Program-made: the position numbers and the translations under genes
The notes under the pieces: model-generated
Seen by the model: the letters and a program-made list of their open reading frames with translations, nothing else
The model's database searches: none
Told to the model about the DNA's origin: nothing
Shown: piece by piece, positions 25,975-37,580 of the stretch
Layout: every line of letters starts with the position of its first letter
Numbering within the stretch: the first letter of the stretch is position 1
NCBI GenBank assembly: GCA_964016885.1
Contig: OZ024755.1
Span: forward strand, 16,120,001-16,184,000
Direction: 5' to 3'
Source: Eledone cirrhosa
Taxonomy: Eukaryota
Length of the DNA: 64,000 nt

Positions 25975-27470
25975 CAACAGCATCTGGGAGCAGTGACTAA
26001 TCTCTCAGAGGCTGAAGTCACAAGAGTAGTCAAAGAGCTCAAATGTGGCGAAGGCGCTGGGGAAGATGAAATCCGGCCTGAGATGTTAAAAGCCTTAAAT
26101 AGAGAAGGTACACTCTGGCAGACTTGTGTGTGCGAGGTGGCCTGGATCTCTAAGGGCACCTAAGCAATGGCAATCAGGAGTGATAAGCCCAATTTTCAAA
26201 AATGGAGATGAGAGATTGTTCCAATTACAGAGGGATCTTGTTAACCCTCCCCGGTAAAGTCTATTCTAAGTGTCTGGAAAAGAGATGCAGGGAGATTGTC
26301 GAGTCCAACTAGCTGATAAACAATGTGGTTTTTGCCCCAGACACAGCATAGCCTACCAAATATTCACACTGCAGCAGGTATTCAAGAAATTGGAGTATTG
26401 CCGAGAAGTATATACTTGTTTTGTCAACTTGAGAAGGCATATGACCGTGTTCTTCGGGATGACACCTATATATAACGAAGGACCTACTGTGGAAGGTTGT
26501 GCAGGAGTATGGAATTGATGGTCAGCTTCTTGCTGCCCTGATGTCTCTATATGAATACCCGAGTATTTGTGTTTGGATAAATGGTGCTAAATCGAAACCA
26601 TTCAGTATGGGAGTCAGACTCTGCCAAGGGTGCCTACTGTTACATCTCTTGTTCATTATTTACATGAACAGGGGCGGTGAATTGGCAGTATCGGTAGAGG
26701 GTCGGACGCCATGCTTTGACGCATAGTTACGGCCCTTGCCATTCTGAGTTCAATCCCGCCGAGGTTAACTTTGCCTTTCATCCTTACGGGGTCGATAAAA
26801 TAAAGTACCAGTAATGTACTGGGTAATTGCTGGCCTTGTGCCAATAGTAGAAACAATTATTTACATGAACAGGATTGATGGGCGCAGCCGGCTAGGAATT
26901 GGTATCATGACTGGCAGGTGTAAGATTGGTCGACTGAAATTTGGTGCCAAGTGCTGCATGGCTGGAATGAAAATCAGTGCTGCAAAAACTGAGACACTCA
27001 TCTTCTCAAGAAAGCCTGCACAGTGCACGTTACATGTGGCGGCAGAGAAGTTGATGGAAAGCAGGAGGCTGAATTAAGTGCAAGAATTGCAAAAGCTGGT
27101 GCAGTAATGGACCGGCTTCAGCAATCGGAAGAAATGAGGGAGGCACAAAAGCCAAACTCACTCTTAAATTCGGTTTTCGTGCCAACCCTTACCTATGGTC
27201 ATGAATCTTAGGTAATGACTGAAAGAATACAAGCGGCTGAAGGGGGGGGGGGGTCCTCCGAAGGGTCTTTGGAGTAACATTACTCGATAAAGTGTGTAGC
27301 TTGGAGATTAGAGAGTCACTCCAAATTGAGAGATTACAGGTCCGATACTATGGGCATGTGGTTACAATGTCTCAGGAAAGAATCGCTGGACAGATTTTAC
27401 AGGCGTAACCAGCAGGTAGGAAACCCAGAGGTAGACCCTGAGCAAGATTGTTGGATAACATCCATGAGCT
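25975..27470 (+). mobile_element. Decayed RTE-like LINE reverse transcriptase, interrupted by a SINE
   Basis: Frameshifted peptides GEDEIRPEMLKAL, QCGFCP, CFVNL(EKAYDRV), GVRLCQGCLL..LLFIIYMNRI, MKISAAKTE and PTLTYGHES. Confidence 0.85.
26671..26858 (+). mobile_element. tRNA-derived SINE, family A, full length with target-site duplication
   Basis: GGCGGTGAATTGGCAG head, GAGTTCAATCCC B box, GCCTTTCATCCTTACGGGGTCGATAAA core. ATTATTTACATGAACAGG duplicated at 26655 and 26856. Further copies near 2065, 11400, 29230, 45555, 47507 and 49446. Confidence 0.9.
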
Positions 27471-27479
27471 TTCATTTTA

Positions 27480-27900
27480 GTTGGATCGCACATGCGGGAC
27501 ACATTCTTCATCACTCTTATCAAGTTTGCAATCAGAATACTAAACTTAACACTATTGGACATTGCTGAGTTTTTAAGTATAAGGTGTTAGGAGGCCATGG
27601 GTTTAGCATAATGAGTGAAGAATTTGGGCCTTCTCGTTTATAGAGTTTAACCAGAATGCACTGTCTAATACTGGTAATCTATTGTTAGGGTGTTTGGAAG
27701 GGTAGTCAATAGTTACTGTTATGCTCTGGTGTATGGAGTTAGCTATCTGCTGGATGCTCTCCATTGTGTTATTTTCTAGTTCAGGTTTATTGGTACTCTC
27801 TTGTGAGGGTGTTCTATCGTCTACATAATGAGGGCTATGGAGTTCTCTGAGTCTCCTTTCCTACCATACCATAAACAGGTTGGCAACATCACCAGCTATG
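27480..27900 (-). mobile_element. Probable Penelope-like RT fragment
   Basis: Minus-strand peptides FFTHYAKPMAS and KNSAMSNSVKFSILIANLIRVMKNVS resemble the Penelope RT thumb region. Confidence 0.5.
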
Positions 27901-28489
27901 CTGACGCCAATGGTTGCTCCCTCATTCTAGGTGTAGATTTTCTCATTAAATTTAAGCACGTGGCCCTTTTGGGTAGTTTTAATACTCGACACTACTGCAT
28001 GTGTGACCATTTTTTTCACCTGCTTGTTGTTCTTGGGTGTCCATCCAGTCCAACTTCCTATAGAAGTCTTTTTACCCATTGAAATAATGGGTGATAAAGT
28101 TTCAGTAGGAAACATTTTTTATGTATGATTCTATAAACATATATTTATATTTTTGTTCTACATCTTAGACTTCAGATATTTTTTTAATGTAAAGCATTGG
28201 ATCTCAAATACTACGGCGGGTACCTCTAATAGTACAGTGGGCACCCCAAGGACCCACTTGCCATAGGGCAACCTAGCCAGTCCACTACTGTATATATATA
28301 TATTGTAAACAATATTTAAGTATCAACCGTACTAAGAGTGAGAAATGAAATTTCATTTTTTCCATTTATCGTTTTCGGTACACACGGCCGACTAACTCAC
28401 TCAATATGCAAATTAGGCTACTCAGCCGTTAATATGCATAAGGAAAGTATATACTTTCAAATGTTCAATCGACTGACAATAAGGTATAC

Positions 28490-28528
28490 GATGCTGATGA
28501 CAGCTAATAAACTAGAAACTAGTTCATC
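28490..28528 (+). ncRNA. Minimal type I hammerhead motif (weak stem II)
   Basis: GATG-CTGATGA-cagctaataaacta-GAAA-CTAGTT-CATC: 4-bp stem I, palindromic AACTAGTT stem III. Confidence 0.5.
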
Positions 28529-31079
28529 ATTCCTTAGTGAGTGTTGAACAAAAGGACAACGATGGTTGCCGAACACTGTACGGCTACTAATTCGGGCTGT
28601 TTGTTTACAAATAAACCGAGCATTATAATAAATGTTCGGTAAACCCATATGTACATATATATATGTGTGCATGTATGTATATACATACTAGTGTACGTCT
28701 GTATACATATATGTATGTACGTATACATATATATATATATATGGGAAAATGTATGGCCCCGATGGCAGAGCTGAAGCCGTTTCGATGGCTATTTCTGGAC
28801 TAAATTAGAATTTTTGGTAAATAAATAGCCAAACTTTTCAAGGGGTAATTCCTTATATGGGAAGATTGTAGTTGTCAAGAGGATTGGTCAAAATTTCTTG
28901 TAAACTCAATTAAGTGTTTCAAGAAAGACTTAATTGTGTTTACAAGAAATGTTGACCAATCCTATTTTCCTATTACCCACTCTACTAAGTATTGAGTACT
29001 CTGGTGCGTTATGGTCCATCTGGTTCCTTACCACACCTCCTTCATTATATATAGGTGTCATCAGAAATATTTTAGGCAAGCCAATAAATAATCTATATTA
29101 TAAAAGATCTATCAACTATAAACAAAATCTTTGAGTACATGGAGCCTACGAAAAGATTCAACAAGATTCTAGCTGCTTTACAGCTTATTTCGCTTTCTAT
29201 TTTTTTTTAAATAAACATTTTAATGCTTAATTACAGGGTCGATAAAATAAAGAACCAGTAATGCACTGGGGATAATTGCTGGTCTTGTGCCAAAAGTAGA
29301 ATATTCATTTATCTCTATCTTTTTTGTTTCTCAACTGTAAGAAATACTAGATACATGCCCTAGTCTGTCATGGATACATCATTTGTTTGTTTGCTGAAAC
29401 TTTTTATCACCCATTTTTGCGATTAAGTAAAGACAGAGTTATCGTTCTTGAGATTTCGGCTTGGAGAAAGGGTCGTGTTAGTGGGAGGATGGAGTAGGGG
29501 TAGTGGGTTGGCGTGTATATTTGGTTAAGAGATGCCTACTGACAGTAGCTTTCACCATGTACATCGGCAAGGCGGGTCTTCTGTATTACTGCGTGGCACC
29601 AAAGATCTCGGTCCAGTGACATTATCTTAGAGAGGTGCAAGTGGTCCTCTACAGCTAACTAAATCTTGGTGAATGCCAGGTCAGATGGCGAAATAAGCAG
29701 TTTAAGATCATAAACTTCTCGTAGGCCAGTTAAACTTCGCCTGTCTCTCTTACTCCAGATAATGGAACAGAGGACTTTGTTAAAAGCTTTCTCTGGAAGA
29801 AATCTGCTGTATACTTCTTTCTGTGTTGTTAGCAGCTAACACACTCAAGTGTAAAAGAAAAAAAACTTTATTTCATATTGTTCCAGTACCCTCAGTAGTT
29901 AGGGAGTAAATCCCGCGATAGATCGCTATCCTATCAAGGGAGAGTCTTGTACTTTGAGATATTTAACAAGGAAACAATGATAAACTTAGAACAAACTTTA
30001 TATATACTAATTTTTCAATTTACAGAAACATGTATATTAACTTACATATTAATTGTTCGGCATATATCTACTAAATACTAATAGTTTTTAAATTAATTTA
30101 TATATAGAAACGGAATGAGAGTGAGGTAACACATAATATATGTTGAGGCGTGTTATCTAGCTTTCTTTCTGCTTCTATATTAAACAAACAAACAAAAAAA
30201 ATTTTTAGATTTAAGTATGACTAATTTATAGAGTATTATTGTGTTGACGCACGTAGCGGTTCGGACTTCATCGCCTACTTATGTATGGCGTGGCCATTCT
30301 ATGTGTCGGGAGATCAAATCGCGACCGCAGCAGCCGGAACTATTTGCAAGATTGCTTTATGCTAGCATGCGTCCTGGACTGCGTGAGCAATTATTTTTGC
30401 TTTCCCTTTATTTAGAGTTACCTCCTCTTTATGGAACTCTTCTCTTTTTTTTATTGACTTCCGGTTCGTTGAAAAAAATTCATTTTGGATATTACTTTCC
30501 TTATGTATGGAAGTTATGGAGGTACGTAATGTTTTCTTTGCTCGAACTATCTTACACTTTATGTCAATAACTCTCACATTTTGGATATTGTGTTCACATG
30601 AAGAGGTATTTTATGTGGCTTTCTGGAACATCTTCACCCACTAGACACATGTTTTCTTTTAAATAAAAAAAAATACACATCATTCTGTAGATCTTTCTTT
30701 ATTGAATACATAGTAAACCTTGTCAACACTAGCAGATATTCTTGAGACACAAAAATAGGTTTTACTATCTTCTCTTTTTGCTATATACTGTCTACTAAGA
30801 AAAATATATAAACCTTCTCTATATACAGCTACATTTTTATTATTTTTATTTCTTTCATACCCAATGAAGCATGGCAGCTTCATTTCTCGCACACATTTAT
30901 TATCTTGTACGTAGAAAGTAACCTTTTGTTGTCCAACTATTGCTACTGTGTGATTTGGAGCAACGTGAAATAAAGTGTCTTGCTCAAGAACACAACGCAA
31001 AGTCCGGTCTGAGAATCGAACTCACGATTGTAAAGCCCGACGACTTAAGTTTTGAACGAATTTGTTTTCGATATCATCA

Positions 31080-33370
31080 TCGTAATCAAAGATTAACTGT
31101 TGATCAGTGTTAACTAGATCGATATCACTTTAACCCACAACATAGAACCATTTACATTCTTCTTACGATTCTTTGTTCCCACTTAACTGTTAATCAGATC
31201 GATATCACATCAACCCACGTAACATAGAACCATTTACATTCTTAGTTTTTTACGATTCTTTGTTCCTTTTCAACACTTAACTGTTAGTTTGTGTTAACTA
31301 GATCGATATCACATTAACCCACGTAACATAGAACCTTTACATTCTTAGTTTCTTTTCAACACTTAACTGTTAGTTAGTTAGTGTTAACTAGATCGATATC
31401 ACATTTACCCACGTAACATAGAACCTTTACATTCTTTGTTCCTTTTCAACACTTAACTGTTAGTTAGATCGATATCACATTTACCTGCGTAACATAGAAC
31501 CTTTACATTCTTTGTTCCTTTTCAACTGTTAGTTAGTGTTAACTAGATCGATATCACCTCTACATTCTTTGTTCCTTTTCAACACTTAACTGTTAGTTAG
31601 TTAGTGTTAACTAGATCGATATCACATTTACCCACGTAACATAGAACCTTTACATTCTTTGTTCCTTTTCAACACTTAACTGTTAGTTAGTGTTAACTAG
31701 ATCGATATCACATTTACCTACGTAACATAGAACCTTTACTACATTCTTAGTTCCTTTTCAACACTTAACTGTTAGTTAGTGTTAACTAGATCGATATCAC
31801 ATTTACCCACGTAACATAGAACCTTTACATTCTTTGTTCCTTTTCAACACTTAACTGTTAGTTAGTGTTAACTAGATCGATATCACATTTACCCACGTAA
31901 CATAGAACCTTTACATTCTTTGTTCCTTTTCAACACTTAACTGTTAGTTAGATCGATATCACATTTACCTGCGTAACATAGAACCTTTACATTCTTTGTT
32001 CCTTTTCAACTGTTAGTTAGTGTTAACTAGATCGATATCACCTCTACATTCTTTGTTCCTTTTCAACACTTAACTGTTAGTTAGTTAGTGTTAACTAGAT
32101 CGATATCACATTTACCCACGTAACATAGAACCTTTACATTCTTTGTTCCTTTTCAACACTTAACTGTTAGTTAGTGTTAACTAGATCGATATCACATTTA
32201 CCTACGTAACATAGAACCTTTACTACATTCTTAGTTCCTTTTCAACACTTAACTGTTAGTTAGTGTTAACTAGATCGATATCACATTTACCTACGTAACA
32301 TAGAACCTTTACATTCTTAGTTCCTTTTCAACACTTAACTGTTAGTTAGTGTTAACTAGATCGATATCACATTTACCCACGTAACATAGAACCTTTACAT
32401 TCTTAGTTTCTTTGTTCCTTTTCAACACTTAAATGTTAGTTAGTGTTAACTAGATCGATATCACATTTACCTACGTAACATAGAACCTTTACATTCTTAG
32501 TTTCTTTGTTCCTTTTCAACACTTAAATGTTAGTTAGTGTTAACTAGATCGATATCACATTTACCTACGTAACATAGAACCTTTACATTCTTAGTTTCTT
32601 TGTTCCTTTTCAACACTTAACTGTTAGTTAGTGTTAACTAGATCGATATCACATTTACCTACGTAACATAGAACCTTTACATTCTTAGTTCCATTTCAAC
32701 ACTTAACTGTTAGTTAGTGTTAACTAGATCGATATCACATTTACCCACGTAACATAGAACCTTTACATTCTTAGTTCCATTTCAACACTTAACTGTTAGT
32801 TAGTGTTAACTAGATCGATATCACATTTACCCACGTAACATAGAACCTTTACATTCTTAGTTCCATTTCAACACTTAACTGTTAGTTAGTGTTAACTAGA
32901 TCGATATCACATTTACCTACGTAACATAGAACCTTTACATTCTTTGTTCCTTTTCAACACTTAACTGTTAGTTAGATCGATATCACATTTACCTGCGTAA
33001 CATAGAACCTTTACATTCTTTGTTCCTTTTCAACACTTAACTGTTAGTTAGTGTTAACTAGATCGATATCACATTTACCTACGTAACATAGAACCTTTGC
33101 ATTCTTTGTTCCTTTTCAACACTTAACTGTTAGTTAGTGTTAACTAGATCGATATCACATTTACCCACGTAACATAGAACCTTTGCATTCTTTGTTCCTT
33201 TTCAACACTTAACTGTTAGTTAGTGTTAACTAGATCGATATCACATTTACCCACGTAACATAGAACCTTTACATTCTTTGTTCCTTTTCAACACTTAACT
33301 GTTAGTTAGTGTTAACTAGATCGATATCACATTTACCCACGTAACATAGAACCTTTACATTCTTAGTTTC
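31080..33370. repeat. ~86-bp minisatellite array (roughly 27 units) with a ~484-bp higher-order duplication
   Basis: Unit TTAACTGTTAGTTAGTGTTAACTAGATCGATATCACATTTACCCACGTAACATAGAACCTTTACATTCTTTGTTCCTTTTCAACAC. Variant ATATCACCTC occurs at 31551 and 32035. Decayed units continue to ~33870. Confidence 0.95.
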
Positions 33371-34061
33371 CTCTTACGAAAGTTCATTTAAACCTCGCCT
33401 GTCTCTCTTACTCCAGATAATAGAACAGAGGACTTTGTTAAAAGCTTTCTCTGGAAGAAATCTGCTGTATACTTTCTGTGTTGTTAGCAGCCAACACACT
33501 CAAGTGTAAAAGAAAAAATAAACTTCTTTGTTCCTTTTCGACACTCAACTGTTGATCGATATCACTTTAACCCACAACCTTTACATTCTTTGTTCCCTTT
33601 CAACGCGTTAGTGTTAACTAGATCGATATCACATTAACCCACGTAACATTCTTAGTTCGTTTACTTTTTTTGTTCCTTTACATTCTTAGTTTCTTTTTTT
33701 GTTCCTTTTCAACACTTCATTTACATTCTTAGTTTCTTTTTTCGTCATTGACATTCCTAAGAATGTAAATGGAGTTTCTTTCTTTAGTTGTTTTAGATAA
33801 TCAAATATTAACCAGATCGATATCGCTTTAACTGTTAATCTACGTAACCAATTACATTCTTATTTTCTTTCTTTAAGAAACTTCATATACATTTTTACTT
33901 GCCTCTATTTAAATATATAAGAAAAGACAAAATCGGATGAAGTTTAATATTCTTTTTATTGATAACGTATGTAAATTACTTTCATTTCTTTTTACAGATG
34001 CCCAGCCCTCAAGTTCATATGCTGTGTTGTTTGCCGTAACAAGTGGGAATTGCGTAGTTTC

Positions 34062-34310
34062 TGTTAATAAAGAAAATTGACATATTATATACGAATTGTA
34101 TTCCGTTTATTTTGCCATAAATGAATAAAGAAAATGTACATAATGTATACGAATTATATTCCGTTTATTTTGCCATAAATGAATAAAGAAAGTTTACATA
34201 CTATATACGAATTGTATTCAGTTTATTTTGCCAAAAAATGAATAAAGAAAGTTTACATACTATATACGAATTGTATTCAGTTTATTTCGCCAAAAAATGA
34301 ATAAGGAAAT
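34062..34310. repeat. ~57-bp tandem repeat, about 4 copies
   Basis: AATAAAGAAA..TACATA..ATATACGAATTGTATTC.GTTTATTTTGCCA repeated. Confidence 0.85.
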
Positions 34311-34549
34311 CAAGAGTCTACAAGAAACCGAGTAAAGCGTACTATAAAGAACGTAAAGTGTACATGAGGTTTCTAAATAAAGAAGCTAAGAATGTTTTTT
34401 CTCCAAATTAGGATTCTCATGCATGATTAAGAAGTTGCTCAAGGGAGGTAACTCTTTCTAAGTAATAGTTGTCTCCCTTGAAACTTGTGAAAAAGAGTTA
34501 AGGGAGGTAACTCTTTCTAAGTAAGAGTTATCTCCCTTGAACAGTTTAA

Positions 34550-34757
34550 AAAGAAAGAAAGTAAGAATGTAGATGAAGTGTCTAAAAAGAAACTAAGAAT
34601 CTAAATGAAGTGTCTACAAAAGAAACTAAGAATGTAGATGAAGTGTCTAAAAAGAAAGTAAGAATGTAGATGAAGTGTCTAAAAAGAAACTAAGAATCTA
34701 AATGAAGTGTCTACAAAAGAAACTAAGAATGTAGATGAAGTGTCTAAAAAGAAACTA
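34550..34757. repeat. ~29-30-bp tandem repeat, about 7 copies
   Basis: AAAAGAAA(C/G)TAAGAAT(G/C)TA(G/A)ATGAAGTGTCT repeated. Confidence 0.9.
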
Positions 34758-35925
34758 TATGAAATGAGTGTTTTTGAAAAGTCGAAAAAAATTTCTATAT
34801 GAAATGTGTGTTTCTGAAAAGTCGAAAAAAATTTCTATATGAAATGTGTGTTTTTGAAAAGTCGAAAAAAAATTCTATATGAAATGTGTGTTTTTGAAAA
34901 GTCGAAAAAAAATTCTATATGAAATGTGTGTTTTTGAAAAGTCGAAAAAAAATTCTATATGAAATGAGTGTTTTTGAAAAGTCGAAAAAAATTTCTATAT
35001 GAAATGTGTGTTTTTGAAAAGTCGAAAAAAATTTCTATATGAAATGTGTGTTTTTGAAAAGTCGAAAAAAATTCTATATGAAATGAGTGTTTTTGAAAGT
35101 GTCAAAAAAAATTCTATATGAAATGAGTGTTTTTGAAAAGTCGAAAAAAAATTCTATATGAAATGTGTGTTTTTGAAAAGTCGAAAATAATTTCTATATG
35201 AAATGTGTGTTTTTGAAAAGTCGAAAAAAAATTCTATATGAAATGTGTGTTTTTGAAAAGTCGAAAAAAATTTCTATATGAAATGTGTGTTTTTGAAAAG
35301 TCGAAAAAAATTCTATATGAAATGAGTGTTTTTGAAAAGTCGAAAAAAAATTCTATATGAAATGAGTGTTTTTGAAAAGTCGAAAAACATTTTTATATGA
35401 AATGTGTGTTTTTGAAAAGTCGAAAAAAAATTCTATATGAAATGAGTGTTTTTGAAAGTGTCAAAAAAAATTCTATATGAAATGTGTGTTTTTGAAAAGT
35501 CGAAAAAAAATCCTATATGAAATGAGTGTTTTTGAAAAGTCGAAAAAAAATTCTATATGAAATGTGTGTTTTTGAAAAGTCGAAAAAAATTTCTATATGA
35601 AATGTGTGTTTTTGAAAAGTCGAAAAAAAATTCTATATGAAATGTGTGTTTTTGAAAAGTCGAAAAAAAATTCTATATGAAATGAGTGTTTTTGAAAAGT
35701 CGAAAAACATTTTTATATGAAATGTGTGTTTTTGAAAACTCGAAAAAAAATTCTATATGAAATGAGTGTTTTTGAAAGTGTCAAAAAAAATTCTATATGA
35801 AATGTGTGTTTTTGAAAAGTCGAAAACAAATTCTATATGAAATGTGTGTTTTTGAAAAGTCGAAAAAAAATTCTATATGAAATGAGTGTTTTTGAAAAGT
35901 CGAAAACAAATTCTATATGAAATTG
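34755..35925. repeat. 40-bp minisatellite array, about 29 copies
   Basis: TTCTATATGAAATG(T/A)GTGTTTTTGAAAAGTCGAAAAAAAA repeated. Confidence 0.95.
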
Positions 35926-36449
35926 GTTTTCTTTCAAACAACCGGAAGTCAATTGAAAAAAAGAGTTAAATAAAGGGAGATAATTCTAACATTTTTTAGC
36001 AAAAGGGGGTAAGGCGGATTCTCATCGTGGTCTAGGACGCAGGCCAGCATATAGCCAGCCTGCAAACATCCCAGCCGCCGTAGCCACGTGCACACCACAA
36101 CGATTCGAACTTGGGATACATAGTATGGAAACGACACATACATACGTAGCCGACGACGTCCGAGCCGTTGCGCGCATCGCCACGCACAAGCCGCAATTCT
36201 ACTAAGTAAAATAGATATATTTATAGGTACAATTTTATTTACTTTTTTTAAAAAAAATATAGAAACGGAAAGGGAGATAACACGTCTGAAAATATATTCC
36301 GTATGTTATCTCACTCATTCCGTTTCTATATATAAAGTAATTTTGAACGTATATACGGAACAATTTGTATGGAAATAAATATACTTATGTCAAGCTGGTA
36401 ACATACATATTACCTCCGTTTAGACGACAGTCCAGCAACATTATTGACT

Positions 36450-37140
36450 TGCTTCTTTCGCCCTCATACCGACCAGATTTAGTTGGCCGTACGACATCCT
36501 ATGGGACGTATACGCTAAAACTGCTTCTTTGGCCATAGGAGATACTATGTGAAGTATATGCTTCTCTAAGCTTGTAGTGACTAGGGTTCAGCTGGCTGTA
36601 GGAAATACTATGGGAAGTATGCATTCTAAAACTGCTTCTTTCAGGCACTGATTATCGTACGAGGGTTTAGCTGGCTGTAGAGGTTCCTACGAGATGTTTA
36701 CATCCTCTAAACAAGCACTGATCATGGTTTAGCTGGCCGTAAGGATCCCACGAGAAGTATACAGCCTTAAACTGTTTATTTCACCATCTAACCTGGCATT
36801 GACCAAGGTTTAGCTGGCCGTAGAGGATCGTACGAGATGTTTACGCCCTTAAAGTGCTTCAATCGCCCTCTCATCTGGAATTCACCAACTGTGGAGGAGG
36901 GTGGTTTTAGTGACCAGGGTTTAGCTGGCTGTATAGGGTCCTACTAGATGTTTACGCCCTCTAAGTAGGCACTGATTATGGTTTAGCTGGCCGTAGAGGA
37001 TCGTACGAGATGTTTACGCCTTTAAAGTGCTCATGTCCCTCTCCAACCTGGCATTGACCAAGAGAAGCAGCTGGCCGTAGAGGTTCCCACGAGAAGTATA
37101 CGTCCTTAAACTGCTTCAATCACCCTCTCACCTGGAATCG
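36450..37140. repeat. Diverged 50-110-bp tandem units
   Basis: Recurrent TTTAGCTGGC(C/T)GTAGAGG..(C/T)ACGAGA.GT.TAC core, about 9 times. Confidence 0.75.
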
Positions 37141-37529
37141 ACCAACTATGGAGGAGGGTGGTTTTGGTGTGCCATGTAGGTATGGTTCTGACTGCTTATG
37201 AGGAGTGGCAGATTGACAATCAACTGAACAGACATAAGCAATGACAACATCATATCTGGATTGCTTTGGAAACGTAAGATAATGTAGCATGATCAATCTA
37301 TCACGTAACAATGAACACCATTGAAATACAACACTACGTGGAGATGTTGCAGTAGCTAAACAAAACTATCGTTTCAATAATTATTGCTGACGTTTATGGA
37401 AGGAAATAAACATAAAATAAAACTGTACTTTACCTCCTTATAAATAGTAAAATCCAAGTTTTTAACGCTTTTCATTCAGGGAAAAAAAGAAATTGTTCCA
37501 GCGGCCACTTTGTTTTTACGAAACAGAAT

Positions 37530-37580
37530 TAGGCCAATTACACATGCGCAAAAAAGTAGACATCAGTGCGCATGCGCAAA
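37530..37580. promoter_or_regulatory. Candidate promoter elements: NRF1 palindrome plus CCAAT box
   Basis: Perfect TGCGCATGCGCA at 37567-37578, ACATGCGCA at 37542-37550, CCAAT at 37534. Confidence 0.45.

Larger units (their letters stand above)
29640..37140. mobile_element. Foldback-like composite element with diverged inverted arms and internal minisatellite arrays
   Basis: ~30032-30490 aligns by eye to the reverse complement of ~35915-36385; 29643-29725 aligns to the reverse complement of ~36745-36828. Confidence 0.6.

Noticed and set aside
33930-34070. Mini-gene with a 31-nt intron or a zinc-ribbon-like peptide (FICCVVCRNKW)
   Set aside because: The intron is implausibly short and the frames do not join into a recognisable protein.
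31080-35925. CRISPR-like array
   Set aside because: Units are contiguous tandem repeats with no unique spacers and no cas genes; the context is eukaryotic.
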